The position numbers were made by a program, and so were the translations under genes. DNA of 61,855 nucleotides, the filler included. It is 14 parts of 14 records of this genome, joined end to end, with 100 filler letters (N's around TTAATTAATTAA, not from the genome) between each part and the next. Parts side by side here need not be neighbours in the genome. Positions count along the whole stretch, not along the records: positions 7,858 to 13,090 come from SRR7504441_12000; positions 13,191 to 16,339 come from SRR7504441_12002; positions 16,440 to 21,323 come from SRR7504441_12004; positions 21,424 to 26,191 come from SRR7504441_12008; 10 more parts are not named here. One strand, 5' to 3'. Every line of letters begins with the position of its first letter. Position 1 is the stretch's first letter. A model generated the notes under the pieces. It was given only the letters and a program-made list of their open reading frames with translations, had not been told where the DNA came from and searched no databases. Positions 10,953 to 22,513 of this stretch are shown piece after piece.

Positions 10953-10988
10953 TGGCCCGGTCAGATAATAACGGAATTGACCCCAACG

Positions 10989-13090
10989 ATGCCAGGGAGC
11001 CCCGGACAGCTCCGAGCCCAGCTGGCGCAGCTGGACAGTGCGGTAGTCCAGGCGGCCGAGCAGGCGCGCAGGGCCGGGGACGGGCTGCTCCGGCTCCAGC
11101 CGCCCAGCCCGGCCGCCCTCCAGGTCCAGCTCGACCTGGTCACTGCCGCGCTGGCCCGGGGGGAGACCGCGGCGGCGGCCGAGACCTTGATCCAGGCCAA
11201 GTGGGCGCACAGCTTGTCCGGTCAGCCGGGGTCGCCGGAGGAGGGGCGGCTGCCCGGGGGGGTGCCCTGCATGGGCGAGGAGGAGCCGGCAATTGGGCTT
11301 CCCCCGGCCCGGCGGTCGCAGGTCGAGTCGCTGGCGGCGGTCGAGGCGGGCGTGCTGGCCAGGCTGCAACGGATGATTGAAACGGACCGGCACCCCGAGT
11401 TGCAGCAAGCGCACCAGCTGCTCTGCCGGTGAGCCGGTCGGCCGGGCGTCTCGATCCGTGCGGCAGGCTGCATGGGGCAGATACGGCCTGGGAGCGGCAT
11501 CTAGCCCGGCGGGAGGCCCAGCTGGCCCAGATAGGCCGGGACAGCCCGCCCGATGAGCTGGCGCCGCAGCTGGCCCGGCTAGCCGACCTGGACCGGCCGC
11601 TGCTGCCGGACGCCTCGCGGGCCGATCGGCTTGCGAGAGCGCATCTCAAGGTGCTGAGCAGCGCGGTGGGCGAGCTGCCGCTTAGCGAGTCGGTGGGTAT
11701 GGCTCTGCTCGCGGACAAGCTGGCCGAGCCCAATCCGGAGCTGCTCCGGCCGGCCAGCTGCCCGATGGCGGACAACCTGCGTGCAGCGGTTGCGACGCAA
11801 GCCACCAGCGGGCTCGCAAGAGACTTGGCCAACCTGCCGCTAACTCATCGGGTAAACGAGCGGGCGGCCAGGCTGAGCGGGCGGCAGCTGGCGGAATGCG
11901 GCGAGCGGATGGTGCTGGCTGGGCTCCAGGAGCTGCTTGTGCTCACGGAGCAGCTAGCAAGGGTGCGCAGCCCAGAGTTGGCAGCCCAGCTGCTCCAAGG
12001 GCTGCTGGCCGGGCTAGGGGGCTACAGCGAGCACAGCCCGGCTGATACGCGGCTCGCCGTCTATTGGGTACGGAGGGGCCGGTGGCTGGGCTGAGTGGGG
12101 GGCAGCTCGGAGGGTGGCTGCACACACAGAGCAGGCTGAGTGCAATAGAGATGGAGCTGACTCCTTTGTTGGGGAAGACCAAGCCGCGGCTGATGGCAGA
12201 GTTGTATGGCCTGGTGGAGCAATCGGCCAGTGCCCAACTCGAGAAGCTCGGCCAACAGCTGGAGACTGAGCTCGTGAAGCACTGTCTGCCGGACTTGTTT
12301 CGGACTGACTGGGACTGCCCTAGAAAGTATGCTCGGCCCTGCCTGCTCGGGTATGGACTGCAGCTGTGGGGAGTGCGGCTCGATAGGCTTCTGACTGACG
12401 CCGAGGCAGCGCTGCCGGACCCGGCTGGTGCGGCTCTGCTGGCGCGACACATGCGAGACGCCTTGTGCGTGCTTGGTGCATATTATGGCCAGATCCAGCC
12501 CTCGCGGGCGCAGGCTGACCGTTTCGAGGCAGAATTGAGCCATTTGGTGGCAATTGCGGGTGCCGTGATCGGTTGGGTTGGTAGAACCGACCAGGAGCTG
12601 CCGCTAGCTGATCTGAAGGCTCAGCTTGAGGCACTACAGGGTCAGTTGGCAGTGATGTGCGGGCCCCTGGGCGTGTTAATGGCCCTGCTTGCTGGTCAAC
12701 CGGTGACTCCTAATGAGACAGGCGGATTGCTTCCGCCATTTGTGGCCTCAGAAGTGGCTCGGCTGGAGTTATCGAAGTTGGAGGCTGAGCGGTCGAGTCA
12801 AGACTGTCCGGTAGCGCTGGGGGAGTGCCAGCCTGGGCAGCTATTCCGTTGGGCATCCGCGCGGTGCGGCCAAGTGCGATGGCCAGCCGGTGAGTGGGCG
12901 GGCAGGCCGTTGCTACGCGAAGGAGACTATCCGCCTAGGAGCGAGGAAGAAGAGCGGTTAGCTAAACAATTGCGTGCGGCGGTGCAAAGCTACTCCATTC
13001 AAGCATTGTCTTGGATTCACCATCATGCCAGGCTCACCAAGCGTGAGGCGCTGATTCTTTCCCTAGACCTGAGCAAGGCCTTTGACAGCT
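10989..13090 (+). CDS. KIAA0825/DUF4495-like helical protein, at least 2 introns, 3' end disrupted or partial
   Basis: ORF segments 10977, 11429 and 12064 are joinable through GT-AG introns. W..P+...C...LQLW......D....LP......LLA.....AL..L...Y..I.PSR resembles KIAA0825 as recalled. Confidence 0.5.
12990..13090 (+). mobile_element. Non-LTR (LINE-like) reverse transcriptase fragment
   Basis: SIQALSWIHHHARLTKREALILSLDLSKAFDS contains the LD+xKAFD motif of non-LTR RTs. GC drops here, and the contig ends at 13090. Confidence 0.7.
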
Positions 13091-13311
13091 NNNNNNNNNN
13101 NNNNNNNNNNNNNNNNNNNNNNNNNNNNNNNNNNTTAATTAATTAANNNNNNNNNNNNNNNNNNNNNNNNNNNNNNNNNNNNNNNNNNNNACTCAGCAAT
13201 GAAACTGATGACTTGATTCTAAACTAATTTCTTTAGTGATCATGAGTACGGTTCTCAACATTTTAAATCTTGAGCAAAGCTCGCTTGATAATTTGATTGT
13301 GAGTGTGGTCA

Positions 13312-15195
13312 CTAGTTTGCGGGCAAAGCCTCAGGTGGGTTGCCATACGGGATTTTGTTAGTGGCAGGCGATGGTGAAGCGCTCTTGACCACACCCACAA
13401 ACGAGTGCATCAGGGCGTGCCATCGGGTCAGCTGGCTTTGGGTGTCGTCATGCGCATTCAGTTCGGCCGATAGCTTGTCCTGGACCTCCTCGAGCGCTTT
13501 CTCCACCTTCTCCCGCAGGATCTGGCCCTGCTCCAGCGACTCCTGCGTGTCGGACAGCTTGTGTGCTGTCCGGTCGAGCGCCTGCTGGGTGGCCACCAGC
13601 CTCCTCTCGGTCTCCTCTAGCTTGCGTTCGGCTGCGTCCCTCGCCTGCTGCTCGAGCTGCAGTCGCTCGATTGTCTGGGTCAGCCGCTTCTCCAGCTCGT
13701 GCCGGGCCTTCATCTCCTCGGCCAGCTGCTTCTGAGTCTCGGCTAGCTTGCGCTCCAGTTCGGCGCACTTGCGTTTGAAGCTCTCAAGTTCAGCGATTGC
13801 CTCGCGCAGCCGCCTTTCCATTTCCTTGAGCTTATCCCTCGTGGCCTGCCCTAGAGCTCAGACCAACCCAACCCCCCGGGCTCACCGCGTGCGCCCTCTT
13901 CTCTTGTTCGAGTGCGGCCATAGTCTCGGCAAGCTTGCGCTCGCACTCGCTCAGCGCCGCCTCGAGAGCTTCCTTCTGCTCAGTCAGCTCGACGACCTGC
14001 GCCTCGAGCTGGGCTCTGCCACCTCCATTCAGCCAGCCGCCAGCCCCCGGGGGCACATGTACTCGTTCGCCTTGCGCAGCTCCTCGCGCACGTCGGCCAG
14101 CTTCTTCTCGCAGATCCTCCTCGCCTGCCGCTCCGCGTCCAGTCGCGCCTCCGCTTCTTCCTTGAACTGCTCAGCATTCTGCCGCAGAGCAATCTCCACC
14201 CGCATCCTGTCCCGGCTCTCCTCCGCCTGCCCTCCCATCCTCGCCCCCGGCCGGCCCGTCTGTCGAACCTCGCGCAGCGCGTCGTCCTTTGCCTTGAGTG
14301 CAGCAGCAATCTCAGAATCCTTGGCTTCCAGGATGGCCTCCAGCTCGCGGCTGCGCTGGTAGTGCCCCAGGATGGCGCCCGACATAAGATCCTGCGGCGA
14401 CTCGAGCATTTGGCGCATCGGGTCCTGCCCGAGCTGGCCGGCCGGCCTGCACTCTATCATACCGATCGGGCCAACTCGAGTGGCGTGGCCTCCACCAGGC
14501 AGTCAGCGATCTGGACCGACGCCCCGTGCTCGATCAGCGCCTTGGCGCACTCCAGGTTGTTGTTCAGAGCCGCCAGGTGCAGCGCCGTCCGGCCGTACTG
14601 CCCCCCGCGTCAGCCCGGGCCTGCAGGGGGCGCACGTTGCTCTTGGCGTCCACCTGGGCTCCGGCGTCGAGCAGCACCCGGAGGCAGCCCTCGCTGCCGT
14701 GCTCGGCTGCCCAGTGCAGCGGCCGCTCGCCGTTCTTGGCCCGGGCGTCCTTGTCCGCCGTCTCGCACAGCACGCGGACGCAGGTCTCGTGCCCCTTCCA
14801 GCAGGCCCAATGGAGCGGGGTCTCGTCGTCCTGCCACACCTTGGTCAGCCAGCCGGCCGGCCGGGGTCGCACCTTGGTGCACGCGTCGGTGTTGGCACCG
14901 GCGTCGACCAGCCACTTGAGGCAGATCGAGTGGCCGTTCTGGGCGGCGAGGTGCGCCGCGGTGTAGTCGCCCTGCAGCCCGGGTGAGAGAGCGGCCGGCC
15001 GGAGCAGGCACATAGGACGGATCGCCCGAGTTGAGGTTGGCACCAGCCTCCTGCGCAGCCAGCACTCCCTCAACGTCGCCGTGCTTGGCCGCATCCAGCA
15101 GCCTGCGAGGCGGTGCCAGTGAGAGCATCGCGCTGCAACGTGCTGCAACGGACAATCAAGCACAAAAGCTTCACGTTCTGTTGCGAGTACGCCAT
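13312..15195 (-). CDS. Ankyrin-repeat + long coiled-coil protein, multiple short introns
   Basis: LLDAAKHGD, GDYTAAHLAAQNGH, DETPLHWACWKGH, GERPLHWAAEHG, YGRTALHLAA, followed by a heptad-rich C-terminus. The start codon (15195 or 15128) is uncertain. Confidence 0.8.
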
Positions 15196-15216
15196 CGCCC
15201 GACGAGCTTAGATAGC

Positions 15217-15858
15217 ATGTTGGCGAGCCTCCGAAGCCTGCGCCAGCCAGTGTTGGCCCGTAGCCTAGCGCGCTCTTTCCGGGCGTCCCCGGCCGTTTGG
15301 GACAAGCTGCCCGCCCAGCCGGAGTCCTTCCCGGCCGGCGAGCTCATAAATGAGATCCAAGGCGCCAACGGGATCCGCCGCGAGGAGATCGAGGCCCAAG
15401 CCCAAGGACTCGAGCGGTGCGCCGGCCGGATGCACCTAGTTAATCATTATTCCTGCCCCGGTCTGCGGCTGAGTCCGGCGGCCAGGTTTGAGGGAGAGTG
15501 GTCGGGCCCGGTGGGCACCAAGGCAAACCCAGTTGTAGTCGAGTCGATCAGCAACCATCGGATCGTCGGCATCCCTAGGTGAAACCCCGCCTAGCTAACC
15601 GTACACACCCCGAGCCGCCTCCCGCTTGCACGCGTAACCCACCCGCTCAACATTGCACGCGTAACTCACCCGCTCAATAGACCGAGCTCTGCTGGCTTAA
15701 CCCACCGCTGCAGGGACGACGGGCACGGCGGCGATGCGGGCGAGGCCAAGTGGTTTCACCTGCACGCGGGTGAGCCAGTGGAGGTGGACGGACAGTACTT
15801 TGTGCTCAAGCAGGTCACGCCCGAGATCGCACCCGAGTTCCAGCGGGCACACCACTAA
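15217..15858 (+). CDS. COX5B: Cytochrome c oxidase subunit 5b-like (mitochondrial presequence), 2 introns
   Basis: R/S-rich presequence; ANGIRREEIEA; GPVGTKANPVVVESISNHRIVG; KWFHLHAGEP...GQYFVLKQV. Confidence 0.8.
15626..15677. repeat. 25-bp direct repeat x2 inside COX5B intron 2
   Basis: TTGCACGCGTAAC(C/T)CACCCGCTCAA at 15626-15650 and 15653-15677. Confidence 0.85.
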
Positions 15859-16602
15859 GCCCCAACCATCCACTCGAGGCCCTCAAACGGCCCTCTAAGC
15901 GCGGATGCAAGCTCTTCTCCCCTAGGGATTTCAGATAAAGTGCAACAAAGCTCGCAACATACAATCATGAATTGATGGTTGCATCGCATCGCTCGATTTG
16001 TGGATCCATCGTGTAAACAAGATCGGGATTCTCAGATCCGGTGGAATGGACACCCACCCACTCGTGCCTTCGTCTTCTATCAGGCGCATGTAAGAAATGC
16101 ACTGCGATCGACGTTGCGAATTCTTTGATTCTCGGCGCGTTCGAATGTATTGCAATAATCCATGTCTAATACTCGTTGGTTTGCAGGTTCGGAATCGGTC
16201 CATCATGGGGGATGCTGCTTGGGGCAGGAACATCTACCGCACGTGCCATCTCGGCTCAATCGCATGTACATGACCACTCTGAACTGTTTGAAGTGAGTGA
16301 ACGAGTCGGTGAGTGAAGTTCACCTCGAGCGTAACGGAANNNNNNNNNNNNNNNNNNNNNNNNNNNNNNNNNNNNNNNNNNNNTTAATTAATTAANNNNN
16401 NNNNNNNNNNNNNNNNNNNNNNNNNNNNNNNNNNNNNNNGAAGACAGGCGTCGCCGGGGTCGATGTGGATCCGCCAGCAGCGATAGGCCTGCACCAAGAC
16501 CGTCACACAGCCGCGCTGCGCGCCGGCTGGTTCGGCACACCGGTGCGTGGTCGGCTCGGGGAGGATCTCCTAAAAAACTAACGGAATCCGTTGCTCCTCA
16601 TC

Positions 16603-17966
16603 ATGCTCCTGCTCCTGGTGGGCCTTCTGCTGCGGATGGCTGCCGCCACGGCCGCGGATGACCCGGCCGCCGAGCTCGAGGCTAGGTGCCCCTGCCCGCC
16701 GGGCCGAGGACCGAGCCGGTCGGCAGGCTGCAGCAGTATTTCGACGCCGCGGCGGCCCAACGAAACACCTCTTTCAGCTTCGCGGTCAAGACCAGCGCGT
16801 TCGAGCTGGCGGTGGCCAGCGGAATCAACGATCACAGGACCGGGTCGCGGGTGACCACCGAGGCGGTCTATCCCAGCGGCTCGATTACAAAGTCGTTCAC
16901 AGCGGCGGCGGTGCTCCAGCTTGTGGAGCGGGGCGCGCTGGCGCTGGATGGCCGGGTGGCCCCGATGGTGGATGACGTGCTTGGCCTGCTGCACAACACC
17001 TCGCTCCAGCGGCTGTGGGAGGGCAACCCGGCGGTGCTCGAGATCACCCTGCGCCAGATGCTTAACATGCAGAGCGGGCTACCGGATTACAGCGACGGCT
17101 GGCTCCAAAATCTATCCAGGGCGCACCCGCGTCGGGATATTACGCCGATGGCCTACTTGCAGAGTGTAGACAAGAAGCTGTCGTGCGTGCCGGGCACGTG
17201 TGGTGAATACTCGAGCGTAGGCTTTATTCTGCTAGGGTATGTACTTGTGCAGGCTGTGGTGATGCCGCAGGCGGGTGCCGCGACTAGGTGGCAAGACTAC
17301 AACCAGCGGGATGTGATCCCGGCCGAGCTCGCTGAGGAGTTGCAGCGCGTGATATTCATGATGGAGGGTCCGTGCACTCAGTACGAGCCCGAGGGTCTGG
17401 TGCAGCAATACAGCATAGTGCCGGAAGCTCCTTCAGCAAGCTCAGCTGTGTTTTCAAACATCAACGACTGGTCGTGCCTCGACGGCTGGACCTGTGGCAA
17501 CGTGGCATTGACCGCATTGGACGCGGCCAGGTGGTTCTTTTACCTGTTAGGCAAGAAGCCGATGATTGTGAAGAACGAGAGTCTTAGAAATGAGATGCTC
17601 CAGTTCAAGGAATTCGTTGTGCCCGGCTGGGGCAGAGGCAACTACTATGGGCTCGGACTGGAGTTGATACCGGAGTACGCTGGCTGCTTGGAGCCTCCAG
17701 AGAAGGCTGTTCCGGGTGGCCGGTTGGAGATCGTGGGGCATGGCGGAATGGACTATGGCTCGTCAGGGCAGGCTTACTACATCGCTCTTTACGACTTGTC
17801 AATAGGCTTCACCTCCAACAGCATGCCAGACAACATGAACAGATCCACGTTTGTTCATGGATTTCCGGGATTGTCTATTAAGACTGGGTGTGATGCTCTT
17901 AGCATCGTGTTTGAGGTACTCGGAGCCGGCACTTGGCTCAACTTGAATTGTAGCGGCCTCTCGTAG
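16603..17966 (+). CDS. Secreted serine hydrolase, beta-lactamase/AmpC-like family; 1 intron
   Basis: Signal peptide; SGSITKSFT (SxxK), ITLRQMLNMQSGL, YSSVGFILLG, YGLG, GHGG. Confidence 0.85.
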
Positions 17967-18182
17967 TAACTACGTACGAGTAGTAACAATGTCATTACAA
18001 TGTCATGATCATGACGATTGCAGTATTTACAATACTGTTAAGCTTAACAGTATTTGAATACTCAGGCTAGCAGTGATTCATTCGTTGCGACTACTTTAGT
18101 TAGAATAAGTTAGAAGCATGCTATGGGTACGTGTATCCATCGATCTGGAGCGCCAATAGGGCATGAACGTCTCTCGTCTCCT

Positions 18183-21100
18183 TCATGTTGTAAGCCTGGC
18201 TCCGGTAGCGTGCAGCGAAAATAAATGCTTTAGCATGTACTGCGATCCTGTGGTGATGTAGCCGTCGTCAGTGGCAGTGCTCTTCACAACTTGCCCGTCG
18301 ACTCTAAACTCGTATTGCTTGCCATCAGATGCTGCGGGTAGAGCGATGATGGCACTCACGCCGACAGGCAGATCTAGGTCCAGAGTGAAGCTCTCTCCTG
18401 AGTTACTGGTGAAAGAGGCTCGAATTGGCCCCTTGATAGTCGGCATTGTGTAAGACCCGTGTCGTAACTCGCCTGGCGCCGGTTTGATGGAGACCATGTC
18501 GAAGCCGGGCGAGGTGGGAGTGAGCCCAAACAAGAACCAGGGTATGATGAACCCCGGTGAGGATGCCCACGGATGGCTCCAAGTCAGATTGGGCTTCTCG
18601 TCGGCGCTCCACATTTCCATCGTAGTTGTGGCGCCCTGCTTCAACATGTTCCCCCAGGAGTTCTTAGCATCCGACTGCAGAACTGCCAACGCAGCCCGGC
18701 CCTTGTCAGATGGGTTCCCAGCATACAGAGCTTGCAGCACAAACTGTGAGACGTAGGTGCCACACGGCATGCCATCCCTGCTGCCAGGCGGGGGTGGTGG
18801 TGGCCAACTGCTGACGACTTCTTGCTCAAACGGTGGGTCGATTCGGCCCCTCACATACTCCCACGCTGCAAGCTGTTGCGATTTGGACTCGACCGCTCCC
18901 AATGCCAGCATGTGCACAGACGCGTGGAAGGATGTGTGAGTGGTCTCCTCGCCGCAAATTCCATCGCAAAAAGCAGTGCCGTTCCAAAGTTTAGTGGCTA
19001 TAGCTGCCCGCAGGCTCACGGCCCTTGCAGTGTAAATGCCCTGCTCAGCAGTGCGACCGAGCCAACCAGCCATCTCGGCCATGTACGTTAGGCTGTAATG
19101 AGCAAACGCGTTTGCAACAGTGCTGTGCGCCGCGGAGGTGTCATACCGATCCTGCATGCCATATGGCCAGTCGATCAGGCAGTCGCTCCTGTTGAGCAGT
19201 CCAGAGCTGTCAGTTCGGTTCAAAACCTCCAACTCCATCATGATCATCAGGTGGTCGAAATGCTGGTGCAGAAACGTCAAGTCGCCCGTGTGCAGCGCGT
19301 CATCCCGAGCCATCACGATCGGCAACACTGTCCAATCAAACCGGCATCCGCCAGCACCGAGCGCACCACTCCCACAAATCGTGAGAGCTTGCTGCAACGC
19401 GTACCTCTGCAACGCTAGCGAAGAGGAGGTGGCGTAAGCCGTGCGCATTGCGGTGTTGTCGTCAGCCATGCAGTCGATCGAGCGTTGCCGGGCATTCGAG
19501 TCCGAGTACATGTCGAGCGAGGTCGCTTCCGATGTATATCGACAGAGCTCCCAGACGGCGTCTAGCAGCGCACTGCTCGAATTCATTACCGCAGGCTGAT
19601 CGTACCGCTGCCTCACAACAAACGCACCGACAAACAGGATGCTCTCCAGCGTGATGGAAGTGTCGTTGAACACCAACTCGCCGTACCGTCCTTCAATGTA
19701 TTCGTGGTTCTGGGCCATCGCATCGGGTGCGGCGGGCAGCACCCACACGTCCTCGTATCGGCTGCCGGTCCGCATGTTAAAGCACACGCGGTCCACTTGC
19801 TCTGGCGCGGTGGCTGTGCAGAACCCGGCCGTGAGGGGGTCTGCTTCCGGCTTGAGCAGTTCCTCGCCGAACCTGACTCTCACCTCAACCGCTCGAGTCA
19901 GGCTGAGCTCGAGCACCAGTCCGCCTTGGATCTCCCGGCCCATGTCGAAACCGAATACGCCAGCCCCGAGTGACCGGAGGGAGGAGGCGGGCTGGCGGGG
20001 GAGAATCTCGACGGGCGGCACATTGCGCACAATCAGGTTGGCGAATGGAGGCTTGCGCACTGCAGGGTGCCACCCGTTGGCTGCACCTGCCCCGGATCCG
20101 TTGAACGAGAGAGCCCGCATCTCTGGTGGCATCAGCGTCAGGTCCAAGTACTCGTGCGGCGCATAGTACCAGGCGCCTCCACCCGAGCTGCTCAGCTGTG
20201 CCTTGCTGTGCCCGCCACCGCCGGCTTTCCACAGTCTGGCGAGGTAGATCCCATCTGCATCGTACGCCGTCCAGGCGGTGGGATCACACAGTGGGCACAC
20301 GATCGTCCCATTGATATACCGCACCCACACCGCTGCGGCCACCCGCCGGGTCACATTCGGCTGATCGTAGCCGTAAGCTTCGATTAGCAACTCACTCGCA
20401 GCATGCATCAGCGGGGTGACGTCAAATGCATCGAACACGGACTCGACGCCATGTGGGCAGAGGGCAGGACTGGATTGGGCGTAGTTGAGGTCGCACTTGG
20501 ACCGGCCCGGACCAATCCCGACAAGCTTCCCGCCCAGCCAAGCCTTGTAACCTCCCAAGAGCGGCCGCGACCCGATCGGGCCAGGCTTGGGAGCTCTGCC
20601 AGGCCCATCCGCAGTGACATAGAGCAGGGCAGACTGGATTGGGCCCTGGAGACTGGGCAGTTTCCCCCTGAGGAAGGCAAACTCGGGTCCGGTGCGTGAC
20701 GCGTTGTCCGCAGCCCAGATGGCTGGCCCGAGTGGCGCTGGGGTGATGATATACTGTGGTGAAGACCAGGGCTGGCCAGATGCGCGGGCGACCCAGCTGA
20801 ACCGGCAGGCCGGGCAGGCGGGCAGCTGGAGCCTGTGGTCTGCCTGCCGCTGGCCCGAGGCAGCATGGAGCAGACTGCCGTTGGGCCATCGGAGTTGGAG
20901 TTCCCATCCGCGGCCCGGGCACGACTGGAAGCTGATCCGGACGGCCGCCTCGGCCAGCACTGGGCTCGACTGCATGTTGGCGCGGAGCTGGCTCACTGTG
21001 CACTCGGGGGGCGACTGCATGCTGGGGAGGCTGGTGGCGTTCCAGCAGACGCAAAGGTCGCAGCCGGGTCGGGTGGGCGAGGCGCCGCAGCCGGTGCACG

Positions 21101-21203
21101 GGGTGAATGCCGTGCACATTGTGCTGAAGCAGCAGCCACACCGCTGCCCGGTCGGACAGCCGACGGCCAGCCCCAGCCACACCACCAGCGACAACCACTG
21201 CAT
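18183..21203 (-). CDS. Secreted alpha-L-rhamnosidase, GH78; intronless
   Basis: FDMGREIQGG, VRFGEEL, DMYSDSNARQR, LIDWP..MQD, GATTTMEMW, NLTWSHPWASSP, PTIKGPI. Confidence 0.9.
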   Translation of the reverse strand: MQWLSLVVWLGLAVGCPTGQRCGCCFSTMCTAFTPCTGCGASPTRPGCDLCVCWNATSLPSMQSPPECTVSQLRANMQSSPVLAEAAVRISFQSCPGRGWELQLRWPNGSLLHAASGQRQADHRLQLPACPACRFSWVARASGQPWSSPQYIITPAPLGPAIWAADNASRTGPEFAFLRGKLPSLQGPIQSALLYVTADGPGRAPKPGPIGSRPLLGGYKAWLGGKLVGIGPGRSKCDLNYAQSSPALCPHGVESVFDAFDVTPLMHAASELLIEAYGYDQPNVTRRVAAAVWVRYINGTIVCPLCDPTAWTAYDADGIYLARLWKAGGGGHSKAQLSSSGGGAWYYAPHEYLDLTLMPPEMRALSFNGSGAGAANGWHPAVRKPPFANLIVRNVPPVEILPRQPASSLRSLGAGVFGFDMGREIQGGLVLELSLTRAVEVRVRFGEELLKPEADPLTAGFCTATAPEQVDRVCFNMRTGSRYEDVWVLPAAPDAMAQNHEYIEGRYGELVFNDTSITLESILFVGAFVVRQRYDQPAVMNSSSALLDAVWELCRYTSEATSLDMYSDSNARQRSIDCMADDNTAMRTAYATSSSLALQRYALQQALTICGSGALGAGGCRFDWTVLPIVMARDDALHTGDLTFLHQHFDHLMIMMELEVLNRTDSSGLLNRSDCLIDWPYGMQDRYDTSAAHSTVANAFAHYSLTYMAEMAGWLGRTAEQGIYTARAVSLRAAIATKLWNGTAFCDGICGEETTHTSFHASVHMLALGAVESKSQQLAAWEYVRGRIDPPFEQEVVSSWPPPPPPGSRDGMPCGTYVSQFVLQALYAGNPSDKGRAALAVLQSDAKNSWGNMLKQGATTTMEMWSADEKPNLTWSHPWASSPGFIIPWFLFGLTPTSPGFDMVSIKPAPGELRHGSYTMPTIKGPIRASFTSNSGESFTLDLDLPVGVSAIIALPAASDGKQYEFRVDGQVVKSTATDDGYITTGSQYMLKHLFSLHATGARLTT

Positions 21204-21423
21204 GATTTGCCGTTAGGCTGACTGCAAGCTAAGATGGATACGTGTAGTCAGGTGCCACATCTTACAACACACCTTACAAAACAAACTGAAAAGCACATCT
21301 TCAAAAAGCACTTCTTACAAAGTNNNNNNNNNNNNNNNNNNNNNNNNNNNNNNNNNNNNNNNNNNNNTTAATTAATTAANNNNNNNNNNNNNNNNNNNNN
21401 NNNNNNNNNNNNNNNNNNNNNNN

Positions 21424-22220
21424 TCCGGGCGGCCCAAGGCCCGCACACGGTCAAGCTGCTCGGGGAGGAACGCCGGAGCGCCAAGGGGCACGCTATCATC
21501 ATGGAGCTATGCCACGGCAGCCTGAACGACTGGATACAAACAGCCCGGGCGGACCGGAAGGCCCCCGCACCGAAGCGATTACTTCAGCTACTCGAGCGGC
21601 TCTGCCAGGGCTTGAAGGCGCTCCACGGCAAGCAGCTGGTCTACGGCGACCTCAAGCCAGACAACCTCCTGGTCAACGAGAGCGGCTTGCTGGTCTTTTC
21701 TGACTTCGGGGACGGCCGCGGGCCCCAGTCGGATCGGTGCGGGGCCGGGCAGCTCGGCTGGGGCCACCCGGACTACCACGCCAAGCCGGATGTAAGGTCG
21801 GGTCGGATCAGCTCTGAGAGCGACATGTGGATGCTCGCCCAGACAGCAATCCACTTTTGGACCCGGGAAGCCCCGGCGCTCAACCCGTCACCAGTGCCGG
21901 CAGACATCCCACTCAGGGGCCAGCTGCAAGCCTGCTTGGCCGCTAGTCCGAGCGCCAGGCCGAGTGCAGCTCAGCTGCTGGAGGAGGTGCAGAGGGAGCT
22001 CAAGTGGATCGAGCGGCATGCCAAACCAGCCCCAAAGAACCGGATGAGCGAGCCCAAGCGGGACAAGACGCACCGACGGTCCAATTCAATCGACCCCAAA
22101 GGCAGCCCAGTCCAGCCGCCACGGAATCGGTCAAACAGCGACCTTTCGCCAGGGAATGGCATGGGTGAACTCATGTCGCGAATGAAGCGAATCAACAAGG
22201 TCAGCAGTCGGCACAGGTAG
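21424..22220 (+). CDS. Protein kinase, 5' partial
   Basis: IIMELCHGSL, LVYGDLKPDNLLV, SDFG, SDMWMLA, RPSAAQLL. Confidence 0.85.
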
Positions 22221-22513
22221 GGTGGCCGGCGTTCTGTACATTGTACCATTAGCCGAGTCGCTGCATTGCGGCTCTCATTGCACCATATGTGCACGGATGT
22301 CACGGTTTTTCTTATCTATTGTACATTAACACACTCCGGATGCTCGTGTTCCGGGAACACCGTGTGAAGCAACGAAATGCTCATAAAGAAAAGTTTATAA
22401 AATTCAAGCTAGTTCTTACTTTTATTTGGTTGGGTTTTAGTTTTTGTAAGTCGTCACGATGATTGTGATGTTTTGCCAACGTTACTTGCTCCGTATAGAG
22501 TAGCGTGCATGTG

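Noticed and set aside
10953-11414. 154-aa N-terminal extension of the GH2 ORF (8244..11414) and many long antisense ORFs
   Set aside because: These are shadow frames of GC-rich coding DNA; the extension overlaps the divergent gene, and the signal peptide starts at 10952.
15931-16233. 100-aa ORF downstream of COX5B
   Set aside because: No recognisable motif or codon pattern, so it cannot be supported as a gene.
16603-17966. Beta-lactamase as an antibiotic-resistance gene
   Set aside because: Generic secreted SxxK serine hydrolase with an intron; the family is common in protists.
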